Below are positions 8,014 to 18,551 of a DNA stretch of 64,000 nucleotides, one piece after another. The notes below the pieces were generated by a model. The model did not search any database, was not told the DNA's origin, and saw nothing but the letters and a program-made list of their open reading frames with translations. The translations under genes were made by a program, and so were the position numbers. How positions within the stretch are numbered: the stretch's first letter is position 1; each line of letters opens with the position of its first letter. The stretch is from an uncultured bacterium (lineage in GTDB: Bacteria > Omnitrophota > Omnitrophia > Omnitrophales > Aquincolibacteriaceae): the NCBI GenBank assembly GCA_964508905.1, contig CAZDVO010000007.1, positions 198 to 64,197 on the forward strand, written 5' to 3'.

Positions 8014-9653
8014 GCCAGCCTCGGATTCTTCTCCTTGAGTTCTTTCACCGACAGGATGAGTGTGCTCAGGCCATTCCACTGCTTCGTCTTGACGGAATAG
8101 ACCGCCTCGAACAGCGCCGCAGGCGTGGAGGACGCACAGGCGAACATCTGTTTCTCATTGAATTGAGCCGCGTAGCTCAGGCTCCCCTCGGATAAGATCG
8201 CCTCGTAGGTTTCCCCATAAAGCTTCCGGGGCTTCCCCTTCATCAGAAGGTCTCCCGTCCGGAAGACCGGACGCGGGTTCCCGATCCCGTGCGGGGCCAA
8301 AAGTTCCAGCTCCTCGATAAAACGGTTCGAAAGCTCTTCGAATTTCAGATCCATATCTACCGCCACATGGCGCTTCATGGCTTCCGGGGCCAGATGTTCC
8401 CGGGCAAAAAGATTGATCTTCTCGCGCAGAAGCGGGATATTCTTTTCCTGAAGGGTCAGACCGGCCGCCTGCTCATGGCCGCCGAATTCTTCCATCAGTT
8501 CCGCGCAAGAGCCAAGCGCGTTAAAAAGATGGAATCCTTTGATCGAACGTCCAGATCCGCGGCCAACACCTTCTTCCACGGAGATCACCACCGCGGGGCG
8601 TTCATACTTCTCCACAAGCCGCGAAGCCACGATCCCGATCACCCCCCGATGCCAGCCGGCCCCGTCCACGACCAAGACCTTTTCGCGGTTAAAGTTCACG
8701 GTGCGCTCCACCTTGCGCATCGCTTCCTGTGTCGTCTCCCGCTCCATTTTCTGACGGGCCTTGTTCTCCTCATCCAGGATCTTCGCGAGACTCTCGGCCT
8801 CGCGAGGTGATGAGGTAAGAAGCAACCGAAGCGAAGTATCCGCAGAGCTCATGCGCCCCGCCGCGTTCAACCGAGGCCCGAGCATGAATCCCACATGGCC
8901 GGTATCGACCTTGAGTGTTCTCATCTTTGCCACTTCCGCGAGCGCTTTAATACCCGGATTCTTCCGTTCCGAAAGAAGCTCCAGCCCCCGCTTCACGAGG
9001 ATGCGGTTCTCGCCCGTAAGCGGCGCAATGTCGCTGATCGTGGAAAGCGCCACCAGGTCCAAACATCCAAAGGCCTCCTCTCCAATCAGTGTCTGACTCA
9101 ATTTAAAAACCAATCCCGCCGCAGAAAGTTCCTTGTAGGGATACCCGCAATCTTCCTGAAGAGGGTTCAGAATGAGCGGGGTATCCGGAAGGCCATCGGA
9201 TGGCAAACGGTGATGGTCGATCACGATCACATCCATCCCGTAGTCTCGGGCGATCTCGATCTCTTTTTTTGCGGAAACCCCGCAATCGACCGTCACGATG
9301 AGCCCGACCCCCTGCTCCTTCGCCTGGTGGATCGCCTTTTCGCTTACGCCATAACCGTCGCGCTCGCGCTCAGGAAGAAAGGTCGTGTAGGAGCCGCCCA
9401 GTTTTTCGAGTGTCCGGACCAGGATCGCAACGCTCGTCACGCCATCGACGTCGTAGTCGCCGTGGATCAGGATCTTCTCCCTGGCGCGAACCGCTCGCTC
9501 AACGCGGTCTTTGACCTCCGCCATATGCTTCATGAGGAAGGGATCGTGCAATTCGGCAAGCCCGGAAAAGAGAAACGCGCCGACCGCGGCAGGATCGGTC
9601 AGACCTCGTTTAGCAAGGAGATTGTGAAAGACGGGAGAGAAATGATGAGCCAT
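8010..9653 (-). CDS. recJ: single-stranded-DNA-specific exonuclease RecJ
   Basis: DHH motifs (ILIHGDYDVDGVTS, VIDHH) and a DHHA1 region (GGHEQAAG). Confidence 0.9.
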   Translation of the reverse strand: MAHHFSPVFHNLLAKRGLTDPAAVGAFLFSGLAELHDPFLMKHMAEVKDRVERAVRAREKILIHGDYDVDGVTSVAILVRTLEKLGGSYTTFLPERERDGYGVSEKAIHQAKEQGVGLIVTVDCGVSAKKEIEIARDYGMDVIVIDHHRLPSDGLPDTPLILNPLQEDCGYPYKELSAAGLVFKLSQTLIGEEAFGCLDLVALSTISDIAPLTGENRILVKRGLELLSERKNPGIKALAEVAKMRTLKVDTGHVGFMLGPRLNAAGRMSSADTSLRLLLTSSPREAESLAKILDEENKARQKMERETTQEAMRKVERTVNFNREKVLVVDGAGWHRGVIGIVASRLVEKYERPAVVISVEEGVGRGSGRSIKGFHLFNALGSCAELMEEFGGHEQAAGLTLQEKNIPLLREKINLFAREHLAPEAMKRHVAVDMDLKFEELSNRFIEELELLAPHGIGNPRPVFRTGDLLMKGKPRKLYGETYEAILSEGSLSYAAQFNEKQMFACASSTPAALFEAVYSVKTKQWNGLSTLILSVKELKEKNPRLA

Positions 9654-9655
9654 GC

Positions 9656-9729
9656 TTGGCGCAACGTACAGCGTTTAGCGTAGAGCGTAGAGGAATGCTC
9701 TCTCTATGCTCCACGCTTTACGCTCTACG
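9656..9729. repeat. AGCGTNN heptamer-array repeat element (inverted pair)
   Basis: agcgttt agcgtag agcgtag ag, a loop, then ccacgct ttacgct ctacgct, between the recJ start and the secDF stop. Confidence 0.7.
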
Positions 9730-11910
9730 CTATTTGTGCGCTTTCCAGTCCACCACCAAGGCCGAAGCGACAAAAACCGTGGAATACGTACCCACCAAAA
9801 ATCCGACCGTCAGGATGAACGCGAAATCCTCGATCCCGCTTCCACCGAAGAAGAAAAGGGCCAAAGCCCCGAAAAGCACGGTCAAGGTCGTTAAGATCGT
9901 CCGGCTCAACGTTTGGTTCACGCTCAGGTTCACGATATCCATAAAAGGTGTTTTTCGCATGAGTTTGGTGTTATCCCGGATACGGTCAAAGATCACGATC
10001 GTGTCATTGACGGAAAAACCAATGATCGTCATGATCGCCGCTACCGTCGCCAGGTTGATCTCCCTCCCGCTCAGCGCATAAACGCCAAAGGCAAAAAGGG
10101 TGTCATGCACCAGCGCGATCACAGCTGCCGTGGCGAATTTCCACTCGAACCGCCATCCCACATAGATCAGGATCCCGAGCCAGGACCAGACGATCGCCCA
10201 GAACGCCTTGTCCCGAAGGCTCCCACTCACCGAAGGTCCCACCTGATCGACCTTTTGGATCTTGAAACCATTCTTGCCCGCCGTCGCTTCCGCCGCGGCG
10301 CTCACTTTGGAAGGATTGCCTTCCGCCATCTTGACAATATATTGATGGCTCTTGGCATCGCCAAAGTGTTGCAGCGTAAGAGACTTAAGCCCCTGTTTTT
10401 CGAGCTGCTCCCTGAATTTTCCTTGCTCCACATCGGTTGTAAAAGCGACCTGGACGTAAGTGCCTCCGGTGAATTCCACACCATAATTCTTGGCACCACG
10501 GGAGGTCACAGCAAAGAGCCCAAGGCCCAGGCAGATCACGGAGAACCCGTAAGCCCAAAAACGTCCTTTCAGGAAAGGGATGTTCGGGTTCTTGAATATC
10601 TCGAGCATCTTGAAGACCTTATTCGGGTTCTTTTTGACGATGTGGTCAAAAATCACACGCGTCACAAAGATCGCCGAAAACATGCTCGCGAGAAGACCGA
10701 TCGAAAGCGTCACGGCAAATCCCTGGATCGGCCCCGTCCCAAAGATAAAGAGCAACACCGCGGTGATCAGGGTCGTCACATTCGAATCGATGATCGCCGA
10801 TAAAGCACGATGAAAACCGGCCGACACTACGGCGCGCGCGGTCTTCCCGGTAGCCGTTTCTTCACGCATCCTCTCAAAGATCAGGACGTTGGCATCGACG
10901 GCCATACCCACCGACAAAATGAAACCCGCAATACCAGGCAGGGTCAGCGTAGACCCAAAGGCCGCCATGGCTCCAGCAACGAGGATGACATAAATCACCA
11001 ATCCAAGATTCGCGATCCAGCCACAGAAAAGGTAGTAGAGGGGCATGAAGACGATCACGAACAGGACGCCCGCCAAGCTGGCGCGAATACCGCTGTCGAT
11101 AGAATCCTTACCCAGGCTGGGGCCGATCGTACGTTCTTCAACGACCGACACAGGCGCGGGAAGCGCACCGGCACGGAGCACCAGCGCGAGGTCACTCGCT
11201 TCCGATGCCTTAAAATTCCCGGAGATCTGGGCATGCCCGTTCGGGATCCGGTCCCGGATCACGGGGGCCGAATACACCTGCCCATCCATCACGATCGCGA
11301 GGCGCTTGCCGATATTCTGGAACGTCACTTTATCAAAGATCTTGCCGCCTTCTTTATCCAGGGTCAGCTGAACGATCGCGGAACCATACTGATCAAAACC
11401 GACCGACGCGGTGGTCAAACGTTCCCCGGTCAGAACCGGCTCGGCCGCCAACAGCACCATTTCCTCGTTCGGGCTTCCTTTGACTTTCTTGTATTCAAAA
11501 CCTGCAGGGATGGTTCCGGCATCCGCCTTCTGGATCAGGTCCGTATCTTCCGACACGATCTTGAACTCCAGATGAGCGGCCTTGCCAGCGATCTCCTTGG
11601 CGCGCTCACGATCCGTCACACCCGGCAGTTTCACCACGACCTGGTCTTTGCCCTGGGTCGTGATCTCAGGCTCCTTAACGCCGAACTCATCAATGCGGTT
11701 ACGGATGATCTCGGCCACGCGCGCGGTCACATCCTTGCGCGCCTCTTCCGGGACCTTGTCCATATCGACCTGAAGCAGCAGCTGCACACCACCCTGGAGA
11801 TCGAGGCCCAGATTGATCTTTTGCTGAGGCGGGTAGACTTTCCAGAGGGAAAAGGCCACAAGCCCGACGATCAGTAATACTTTCCATTTATAATTTTTAT
11901 CCATTTTCAA
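9730..11910 (-). CDS. secDF: protein translocase subunit SecDF (fused)
   Basis: 726 aa. The SecD periplasmic region plus two 6-TM modules is the typical SecD-SecF fusion. Confidence 0.9.
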   Translation of the reverse strand: MKMDKNYKWKVLLIVGLVAFSLWKVYPPQQKINLGLDLQGGVQLLLQVDMDKVPEEARKDVTARVAEIIRNRIDEFGVKEPEITTQGKDQVVVKLPGVTDRERAKEIAGKAAHLEFKIVSEDTDLIQKADAGTIPAGFEYKKVKGSPNEEMVLLAAEPVLTGERLTTASVGFDQYGSAIVQLTLDKEGGKIFDKVTFQNIGKRLAIVMDGQVYSAPVIRDRIPNGHAQISGNFKASEASDLALVLRAGALPAPVSVVEERTIGPSLGKDSIDSGIRASLAGVLFVIVFMPLYYLFCGWIANLGLVIYVILVAGAMAAFGSTLTLPGIAGFILSVGMAVDANVLIFERMREETATGKTARAVVSAGFHRALSAIIDSNVTTLITAVLLFIFGTGPIQGFAVTLSIGLLASMFSAIFVTRVIFDHIVKKNPNKVFKMLEIFKNPNIPFLKGRFWAYGFSVICLGLGLFAVTSRGAKNYGVEFTGGTYVQVAFTTDVEQGKFREQLEKQGLKSLTLQHFGDAKSHQYIVKMAEGNPSKVSAAAEATAGKNGFKIQKVDQVGPSVSGSLRDKAFWAIVWSWLGILIYVGWRFEWKFATAAVIALVHDTLFAFGVYALSGREINLATVAAIMTIIGFSVNDTIVIFDRIRDNTKLMRKTPFMDIVNLSVNQTLSRTILTTLTVLFGALALFFFGGSGIEDFAFILTVGFLVGTYSTVFVASALVVDWKAHK

Positions 11911-11912
11911 AC

Positions 11913-12106
11913 CTTTCTAGCGTTTAGCGTGGAGCGTTCAGCGTTTAGAATTCAGCGTCCTTCACAGCTAATTTCTCCCTTTCCCTTTAACGAGAAAACC
12001 TATTATTTTCCCCTACTAAACCGTATGTTTTGTTACGAAACGATGCAACCCAAAAATAATTTTTTTCACTATTTCCTATACGCTATCCGCTCTACGCTAT
12101 CGTCTA
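11913..12106. repeat. heptamer arrays in inverted orientation flanking a 130-bp AT-rich spacer (MITE-like arrangement)
   Basis: 11913-11958 reads agcgttt agcgtgg agcgttc agcgttt agaattc agcgtcc. 12080-12106 reads acgctat ccgctct acgctat cgtctat (reverse orientation). They bracket a low-GC segment between secDF and yajC. Confidence 0.6.
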
Positions 12107-12418
12107 TTAGCGCAATCCGGCGATCGCGCTTTTCAAGATCTCGATCTTCGTATCCGAATCCCCCACCGTAATGACCGCGTAATCATCCTGAATACTGGAA
12201 ATAGTCCCGAGAATCCCGCCCGTCGTGACGACCTTGTCGCCTTTTTTGAGCGCGGCGATCATCGTCTGGAGTTCCTTCGCCTTTTTCTGCTGGGGACGAA
12301 TGAGCAGGAAATAAAAAATAACGAACATCAGGATGATCGGCATGAATTGCACCAACGGATTAGGCTGGGCGGCACCTTCAACAGCAGCGTCTGCGGCATA
12401 AGCAATGGATTCGAACAT
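12107..12418 (-). CDS. yajC: preprotein translocase subunit YajC
   Basis: PIILMFVIFYFLLIRPQQKKAKELQTMIAALKKGDKVVTTGGILGTI is the YajC signature. Confidence 0.85.
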   Translation of the reverse strand: MFESIAYAADAAVEGAAQPNPLVQFMPIILMFVIFYFLLIRPQQKKAKELQTMIAALKKGDKVVTTGGILGTISSIQDDYAVITVGDSDTKIEILKSAIAGLR

Positions 12419-12423
12419 GATTT

Positions 12424-12497
12424 CCTTTCGAGCGTCTAGCGTACAGCGCAGAGCGTAGAGGGAAATTCCCCTAGACGCTAAACGCTCTCCGCTCCAC
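12424..12497. repeat. AGCGTNN heptamer-array repeat element (inverted pair with a palindromic loop gggaaattcccc)
   Basis: gagcgtc tagcgta cagcgca gagcgta gag, then gggaaattcccc, then tagacgc taaacgc tctccgc tccacgc. The 23-nt core agcgtacagcgcagagcgtagag is identical to the copy at 3140-3162. Confidence 0.7.
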
Positions 12498-12498
12498 G

Positions 12499-13659
<1,161 letters not shown>

Positions 13660-14289
13660 TTACCGTCTCGACCTGGAGGAGGGCTTGGATCCCCTTTTGG
13701 AGGGTGCGGCTTCGCGCGGAGGTTTCGAAGATTGGCGCGGCTGAGGGGCGGGACGGGAAGGCGCGATCACCTCGGACACCGTCACTTTACCGACTCCTTT
13801 TTTGGTGACGGTCACATGCCGCTGAACGGCAGGCGCGGCTTTCACCTCGGGGCTTGTCATCACTTGAGGCGCCGGCGCAATTCCCGCCTGCGGCGCAGGT
13901 CTCTGAGACGGCTGATTCTGAGGCGCAGGCTTGGGCCCGGATTTTCGTTTTGAAAAACATTCTTTGCAATACACGGGACGCTCTCCCGTCGGCTTAAAGG
14001 GGATCTCGCAATCCTTCTTGCAATCGGCACAAACAGCCTTATGAAGGATCCGTTCTCTGCGATTCGGCCTTTGCCCCTGAGGCGCTCCGGCCGGAGAAAA
14101 AGTGGCGGAGGCCTGCTGTAACGGCTTCTGCGGTTCCCTCACTTCAGCCGGTTTGACCGGGACCTGGCCGTTAAGCAGCGCGTCGATCTTATGGCTCAAC
14201 GCCAAAAGCTGCCCTTCGATCTTGGCCATGAAACTTTCAAGATCGATCTTCGAGGATTGCTTCGTCACGGTATTTTTATTCTTCTTCAT
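13660..14289 (-). CDS. hypothetical Pro/Lys/Gln-rich protein with a C4 zinc-ribbon (CxxC...CxxC)
   Basis: N-terminal coiled-coil-like segment, a central CADCKKDCEIPFKPTGERPVYCKEC zinc ribbon, and a low-complexity PAPQ/RS tail. The ATG at 14289 is preceded by AGGAG. It sits at the head of tgt-yajC-secDF. Confidence 0.5.
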   Translation of the reverse strand: MKKNKNTVTKQSSKIDLESFMAKIEGQLLALSHKIDALLNGQVPVKPAEVREPQKPLQQASATFSPAGAPQGQRPNRRERILHKAVCADCKKDCEIPFKPTGERPVYCKECFSKRKSGPKPAPQNQPSQRPAPQAGIAPAPQVMTSPEVKAAPAVQRHVTVTKKGVGKVTVSEVIAPSRPAPQPRQSSKPPREAAPSKRGSKPSSRSRR

Positions 14290-14431
14290 CCTATCACTCC
14301 TGTAAGACTCGTTTAAGATAACGGTGTCACCCGCGAAAACCAAGGGGCGTATTATAAGCGTTCACGGCCGCGCCGTAACCTAAAAATGCGCGCCCCAGGC
14401 CTCCGCGCGGCACCCGATCTTTCTCTTTGAG

Positions 14432-14453
14432 GAATAAAGGCGCGTGGTATAAT
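14432..14453 (+). promoter_or_regulatory. extended -10 promoter (TGgTATAAT) placing the TSS at or next to the yihY ATG, a leaderless mRNA
   Basis: tggTATAAT ends 5 nt before the ATG at 14459. There is no SD and no room for a leader. Confidence 0.4.
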
Positions 14454-14458
14454 CCCGC

Positions 14459-15793
14459 ATGATCCAAAAAACGCTGCGCTTCTTAAAACAGGACATCTGG
14501 CGGATCCGGACTCACGAGGCTAAAGGGTTCCGCGGGAAATGCATCCGATTGCTTCGTATTTTCATGATCTCTTTCAGCCAGTTCACGAGCGATATGTGCT
14601 CGCTACGAGCGGCAGCGCTGACCTTCTTCTCTCTCCTTTCGATCGTCCCGGTGCTCGCCATGTCGTTCGGGATCGCCAAAGGATTCGGCCTCGATAAGCT
14701 CCTGCGTGAAAAATTGATCGAGAATATGCAGGGACAGCAAGAAATCCTAACGCGGATCATCACTTTCGCGGAAACCATGCTCGAGAACACTCGGGGCGGC
14801 GTCGTCGCGGGCGTGGGGGTGGCACTCCTCCTCTGGTCCGTCATTCAAGTCCTGGGAAATATCGAATCTTCATTCAACGGCATCTGGGGGATCAAGAAAG
14901 CGCGAAGCCTGGGGAGGAAATTCACCGATTATCTTTCCATGATGCTGATCGCGCCCGTCCTTTATATCGTAGCCACCAGCGCCACCGTCTTCGCCGCGAG
15001 CCAGATCACCGCCATCACTCAAAAGATCGCCTTCCTCGGCGCGGTCGCCCCGCTGATCACGATGGGCCTCAAGGTTTTCCCCTGCCTTGTTTTTGGCGGG
15101 CTTCTGACCTACCTGTACATCGCCATGCCGAATGGAAAGATCCATTTCAAATCGGCGCTGCTCGGAGGCCTTGTCGCCGGGACCTTGTACCTGATCGTTC
15201 AGTGGATCTATATCCGGTTCCAGATCGGCGCTTCCAAGGCTGGTGCCATTTACGGAAGTTTTGCCGCCCTACCACTTTTTTTAATATGGTTGCAAACCAG
15301 TTGGCGCATCGTTCTCTATGGCTCGGAACTCGCTTTTTCGCATCAAAACGAGCTAACCTTTGAATTCGAGCAGGACTGCCTGAAGGCAAGTTACAACATC
15401 CGCAGACTCCTGGCGCTCCGGATCACCCAGATCTGCGTTGCCCGCTTTAGCGCGGGCCTTTCCCCGTTATCCGCGGAAGAGATCGCCTTGCAGCTGGAGG
15501 CCCCGGTGCGCCTTGTCCGAGACTTGATCTTTCTTCTGAACGAGGCCGGAATCCTCACGACGACGCAGGGCGAGACCGAAAAGGACCGGCTTTACCAACC
15601 GGCGCGTGATGTAGGCGATATGACCATTCGTTTCGTGATCGATCAGATGGAGCGGTCGGGAACAAGCGATATTCCTATCGCTCAAACCCCGGAACTGGAA
15701 AGATTGAAAGCGGCCCTTGCCGCCTTCGCTCAGGCAGTCGAAAAACTCCCCGAAAACAAACTCCTCAAAGATCTGCGACCGGCCAGCGTTTAG
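14459..15793 (+). CDS. YihY/BrkB-family inner-membrane protein (ribonuclease BN-like family) with a C-terminal cytoplasmic extension
   Basis: LRAAALTFFSLLSIVPVLA plus six predicted TM helices fit the YihY family core. The last 130 aa are soluble. Confidence 0.7.
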   Translation: MIQKTLRFLKQDIWRIRTHEAKGFRGKCIRLLRIFMISFSQFTSDMCSLRAAALTFFSLLSIVPVLAMSFGIAKGFGLDKLLREKLIENMQGQQEILTRIITFAETMLENTRGGVVAGVGVALLLWSVIQVLGNIESSFNGIWGIKKARSLGRKFTDYLSMMLIAPVLYIVATSATVFAASQITAITQKIAFLGAVAPLITMGLKVFPCLVFGGLLTYLYIAMPNGKIHFKSALLGGLVAGTLYLIVQWIYIRFQIGASKAGAIYGSFAALPLFLIWLQTSWRIVLYGSELAFSHQNELTFEFEQDCLKASYNIRRLLALRITQICVARFSAGLSPLSAEEIALQLEAPVRLVRDLIFLLNEAGILTTTQGETEKDRLYQPARDVGDMTIRFVIDQMERSGTSDIPIAQTPELERLKAALAAFAQAVEKLPENKLLKDLRPASV

Positions 15794-15978
15794 CGCAGCC
15801 TGTTAAAAAAACACAAACCTTAGAGTTTTAGGTTTGCTATACCCTAAACGCGTTCTGCTCTACGCTATAAACACGGCATCACCGCCCTGATCTCGATCAT
15901 CTTGAAAGGTGGTCAGGACCGTTCGCCATGCTCAAATGATGAGCATGGCATCACCGTCCTAAGGGACGGCTTTCCAGA
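15794..15978. repeat. hairpin-dense convergent intergenic region including a CGCTNNN heptamer array
   Basis: caaacct tagagtttt aggtttg hairpin (15814-15836). Array aaacgcg ttctgct ctacgct (15845-15868). Direct repeat catggcatcaccg twice. Perfect 9-bp stem ccatgctca aatga tgagcatgg (15915-15937). ccgtcc taag ggacgg hairpin. Confidence 0.55.
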
Positions 15979-17016
15979 TCAACTAATAAACATTGCATCG
16001 CCGTATGACGCAAAACGGTAATCTCCCCTCAACGCGGTCGCATAAGCGGCCATCATTTTGTCGTAACCCAGAAAAGCCGCGACCATGGCAAGCAAGGTGC
16101 TCTTCGGCATATGAAAATTCGTGATGAGCCCGTCGACGATCTTAAAGTCATACGGAGGATAGATAAAGATCGAGGTCTTGCCGCGCTGTGCGCGAAGCTC
16201 CCCCGAGGGGCTCACCGAAGATTCCAAGGCCCGAACACACGTCGTGCCGCACACGATCACGCGCCGGCCTTCCCTTTTCGCTTGATTGATCCGCGCGGCC
16301 GCTTCTTCCGTGATCTCAAATTCTTCCTCGAACATCTTGTGTTCGTCAACCTGCTCGATCGTGATCGGCTGGAACGTTCCGTAGCTCACATGAAGCGTCA
16401 CGGGCGCGATCGTCACCCCTTTCACGCGGACCTTTTCAAGAAGCGCTTCATCAAAATGAAGTCCCGCGGTCGGCGCGGCCACCGCCCCTTCCTGCTCGGC
16501 AAAAACCGTTTGGTACATATTTCGATCCAGCGTTTGATCCGGTCGATCGATATAGGGAGGAAGCGGGATATGACCGAGTTTCTTGATCTTGTCCTTCACC
16601 CCTTCGCCTGAAAAACGGATGAGCCGTTGTCCGATATTTTGGACCGGCTTCGGGGCAACCGCCGCCAGAAGCTCGACCCCGTCGGCACTAAAATCGATCA
16701 CTTCCCCTTCTTTGATCCTGCCGCCGGGTTTGAGGAGGGTCTCCCAGACATTCGCGTCGACCTCTTTTAAAAGAAGCGCCTCCACCTTGCCGCCCGTAGC
16801 TCGTTTTCCAAAAAGCCGCGCGGGGAGGACCTTAGTATTATTGAGAACAAGAACATCGGTCGGCTTGAGCATCTCCGGCAGATCCCGGAACACACGATGC
16901 GAACAGGCTCCCGTCGCGCGGTCCACACAAAGTAATTTCGCGGCCGGACGGTCTTCGGCGGGAAAAAGAGCGATCTTTTCCTTCGGAAGCGGATAATCGA
17001 GATCAGAAAGCCTCAT
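15979..17016 (-). CDS. queA: S-adenosylmethionine:tRNA ribosyltransferase-isomerase
   Basis: MRLSDLDYPLPKEKIALFPAE...HIPLPPYI...VCGTTCVRALES is a QueA signature. Confidence 0.95.
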   Translation of the reverse strand: MRLSDLDYPLPKEKIALFPAEDRPAAKLLCVDRATGACSHRVFRDLPEMLKPTDVLVLNNTKVLPARLFGKRATGGKVEALLLKEVDANVWETLLKPGGRIKEGEVIDFSADGVELLAAVAPKPVQNIGQRLIRFSGEGVKDKIKKLGHIPLPPYIDRPDQTLDRNMYQTVFAEQEGAVAAPTAGLHFDEALLEKVRVKGVTIAPVTLHVSYGTFQPITIEQVDEHKMFEEEFEITEEAAARINQAKREGRRVIVCGTTCVRALESSVSPSGELRAQRGKTSIFIYPPYDFKIVDGLITNFHMPKSTLLAMVAAFLGYDKMMAAYATALRGDYRFASYGDAMFIS

Positions 17017-17019
17017 ATC

Positions 17020-17040
17020 GAGCGTTTAGCGTAGAGCGGA
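17020..17040. repeat. AGCGTNN heptamer array (x3) overlapping the stop codon of the LOG-family gene, 3 nt from the queA start
   Basis: gagcgtt tagcgta gagcgga. Confidence 0.6.
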
Positions 17041-17637
17041 TCGCACCGCGTGTTTCCCTCTTCGTCTGCGCTCCACGATCCGCGCGTTCATTTCCGCCTT
17101 TAAGACCCTGATCGCTTGAGGAATCGAAGTCGTAAAATGCAGCGTGGGGGGCAGCTCAAAGTGAGGATCTTTGCTGAGCGTGCGAAGAAGGATCCCCAAA
17201 CGGCGGCCGAGGATCACGACCGGCTTTTGAAGTAGTCCGCGATTCGTCATTTCGATCGCAACAAAAAGTTCGGTCAGAGTTCCGGTCGCACCGTCGAGAA
17301 AGATGTAGGCATCCGCCACCTCGATCAATCGAAAGAGCCGTGCCTGCCACGACGGCATCTTGATCTCGGCATCCGCCCAGACATTCGGTCGATGGGCACT
17401 TTTCCGGATCGTCACGGCAACGTTATGTCCTCGCGCCTGTTTCGCGCCGCGGGCAACCGCTTCCATCACGCCCCGGAACCCGCCGTGAAAAACGGTCATG
17501 CCTTCAGCCGCGAGGGCGGCGCCGAGCTGAACGGCCTGGCAATACCCCGGATCTTCCGCGCGGATCTTCCCGCTCCCCAGAACACTCACCCTCCGGATAC
17601 GCGATCTACCCTTTTGTGACATGCTCGATCTTCTCAC
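17026..17637 (-). CDS. LOG-family (TIGR00725-like) Rossmann-fold nucleotide-binding protein
   Basis: VSVLGSG...GMTVFHGGFRGVMEAVARGA...IFLDGATGTLTELF is the LOG/SLOG motif set (GGxGxxG and PGGxGTxxE-like). The start is uncertain; MSQKG at about 17622 is possible. Confidence 0.65.
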   Translation of the reverse strand: MRRSSMSQKGRSRIRRVSVLGSGKIRAEDPGYCQAVQLGAALAAEGMTVFHGGFRGVMEAVARGAKQARGHNVAVTIRKSAHRPNVWADAEIKMPSWQARLFRLIEVADAYIFLDGATGTLTELFVAIEMTNRGLLQKPVVILGRRLGILLRTLSKDPHFELPPTLHFTTSIPQAIRVLKAEMNARIVERRRRGKHAVRSALR

Positions 17638-18298
17638 CTTTCAGGATTTCAGGGACCGGATTGGCATCGATGCGAAGCCCGCCGTCATGTTCGATCTTGA
17701 GCGTGTAGATCGTTCCCGGCAGGAACATCGACCCGGGCGCCTCGATCTGTGCGTTCTTCACGCCGGCATGTTCACGCTTGGCGGGATCCAGCGCGTAGTC
17801 CCAGAACCCGTTCCAAAGTTTCTGCTCGAACTCATTCGTCTTCCCCGGAATCCGGTAACCGCTCGGGATCTCATGAGCTCGAGTGATCTCGAATTCCTGG
17901 GTCTTGGCTCCGTCGAGAACAAAAGCTTTCATAAAAAGAGCCGCGCTCCGGCCTCGCAACCGGTCCCCGCCTTCGACCAGCTTGTCATTGAAGCGAATGA
18001 CCAAGGACTGGAACTGGATCGTATTCCCCTCAAAAGTGAAATATTTCGGCTCGAGAGGCTGGCCGTCCGTGTCATATTCGAGGAATTTGATCGTCGTTTT
18101 GATCTTCTTGGAGATTTCATCGAACTCACTTTTAGTGACCAGCACATCCGCCAGACGCGTCTCCGCCTTCAGGCGTTCGATCACCTGACGCAAAAGCCGT
18201 TCCCGCTGGATCCACTGATGGATCCCCACGCCGGCCAAGCCGACCGCCAGAACCAAAGCACCGATCGAAACCAAATTGAATATTTTTGAAGTTTTCAT
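17606..18298 (-). CDS. hypothetical membrane-anchored protein (one N-terminal TM)
   Basis: ORF of 230 aa overlapping the next gene by 32 nt, suggesting translational coupling. No recognisable domain. Confidence 0.5.
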   Translation of the reverse strand: MKTSKIFNLVSIGALVLAVGLAGVGIHQWIQRERLLRQVIERLKAETRLADVLVTKSEFDEISKKIKTTIKFLEYDTDGQPLEPKYFTFEGNTIQFQSLVIRFNDKLVEGGDRLRGRSAALFMKAFVLDGAKTQEFEITRAHEIPSGYRIPGKTNEFEQKLWNGFWDYALDPAKREHAGVKNAQIEAPGSMFLPGTIYTLKIEHDGGLRIDANPVPEILKGEKIEHVTKG

Positions 18299-18404
18299 GG
18301 TACAATCACCACCGTTTTTGAGAGGTTGTGGTTGCTTCTACGAGTTTTTATATTTTTGAGATCGATGCGCCCGCACCACGGTGCTGGGCACGTGACAAGT
18401 TTTA

Positions 18405-18430
18405 AAAACGCGCCCGTCCTAAAGGACTGG
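18405..18430 (-). terminator. GC-rich hairpin (gcgcccgtcc taaa ggactgggcgc) followed on the minus strand by GTTTTTAAAA
   Basis: Stem of 10-11 bp. Likely terminator for the minus-strand SpoIID-like gene after read-through of the antisense tRNA. Confidence 0.4.
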
Positions 18431-18470
18431 GCGCAAACAGCCTTTGTATCGAAGAACAATTAATGTGGTT

Positions 18471-18544
<74 letters not shown>

Positions 18545-18551
18545 GCTTTTT

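Noticed and set aside
9913-11877. Plus-strand ORFs of 296 aa and 355 aa opposite secDF.
   Set aside because: Antisense to a conserved membrane protein gene, with Arg/His/Asp-rich composition and no domain. Artefact of GC-rich codon usage.
11929-12171. 80-aa ORF in the AT-rich spacer between secDF and yajC.
   Set aside because: It lies inside the repeat-bracketed spacer and overlaps yajC. It has low-complexity sequence and no SD. It is more likely promoter or repeat DNA.
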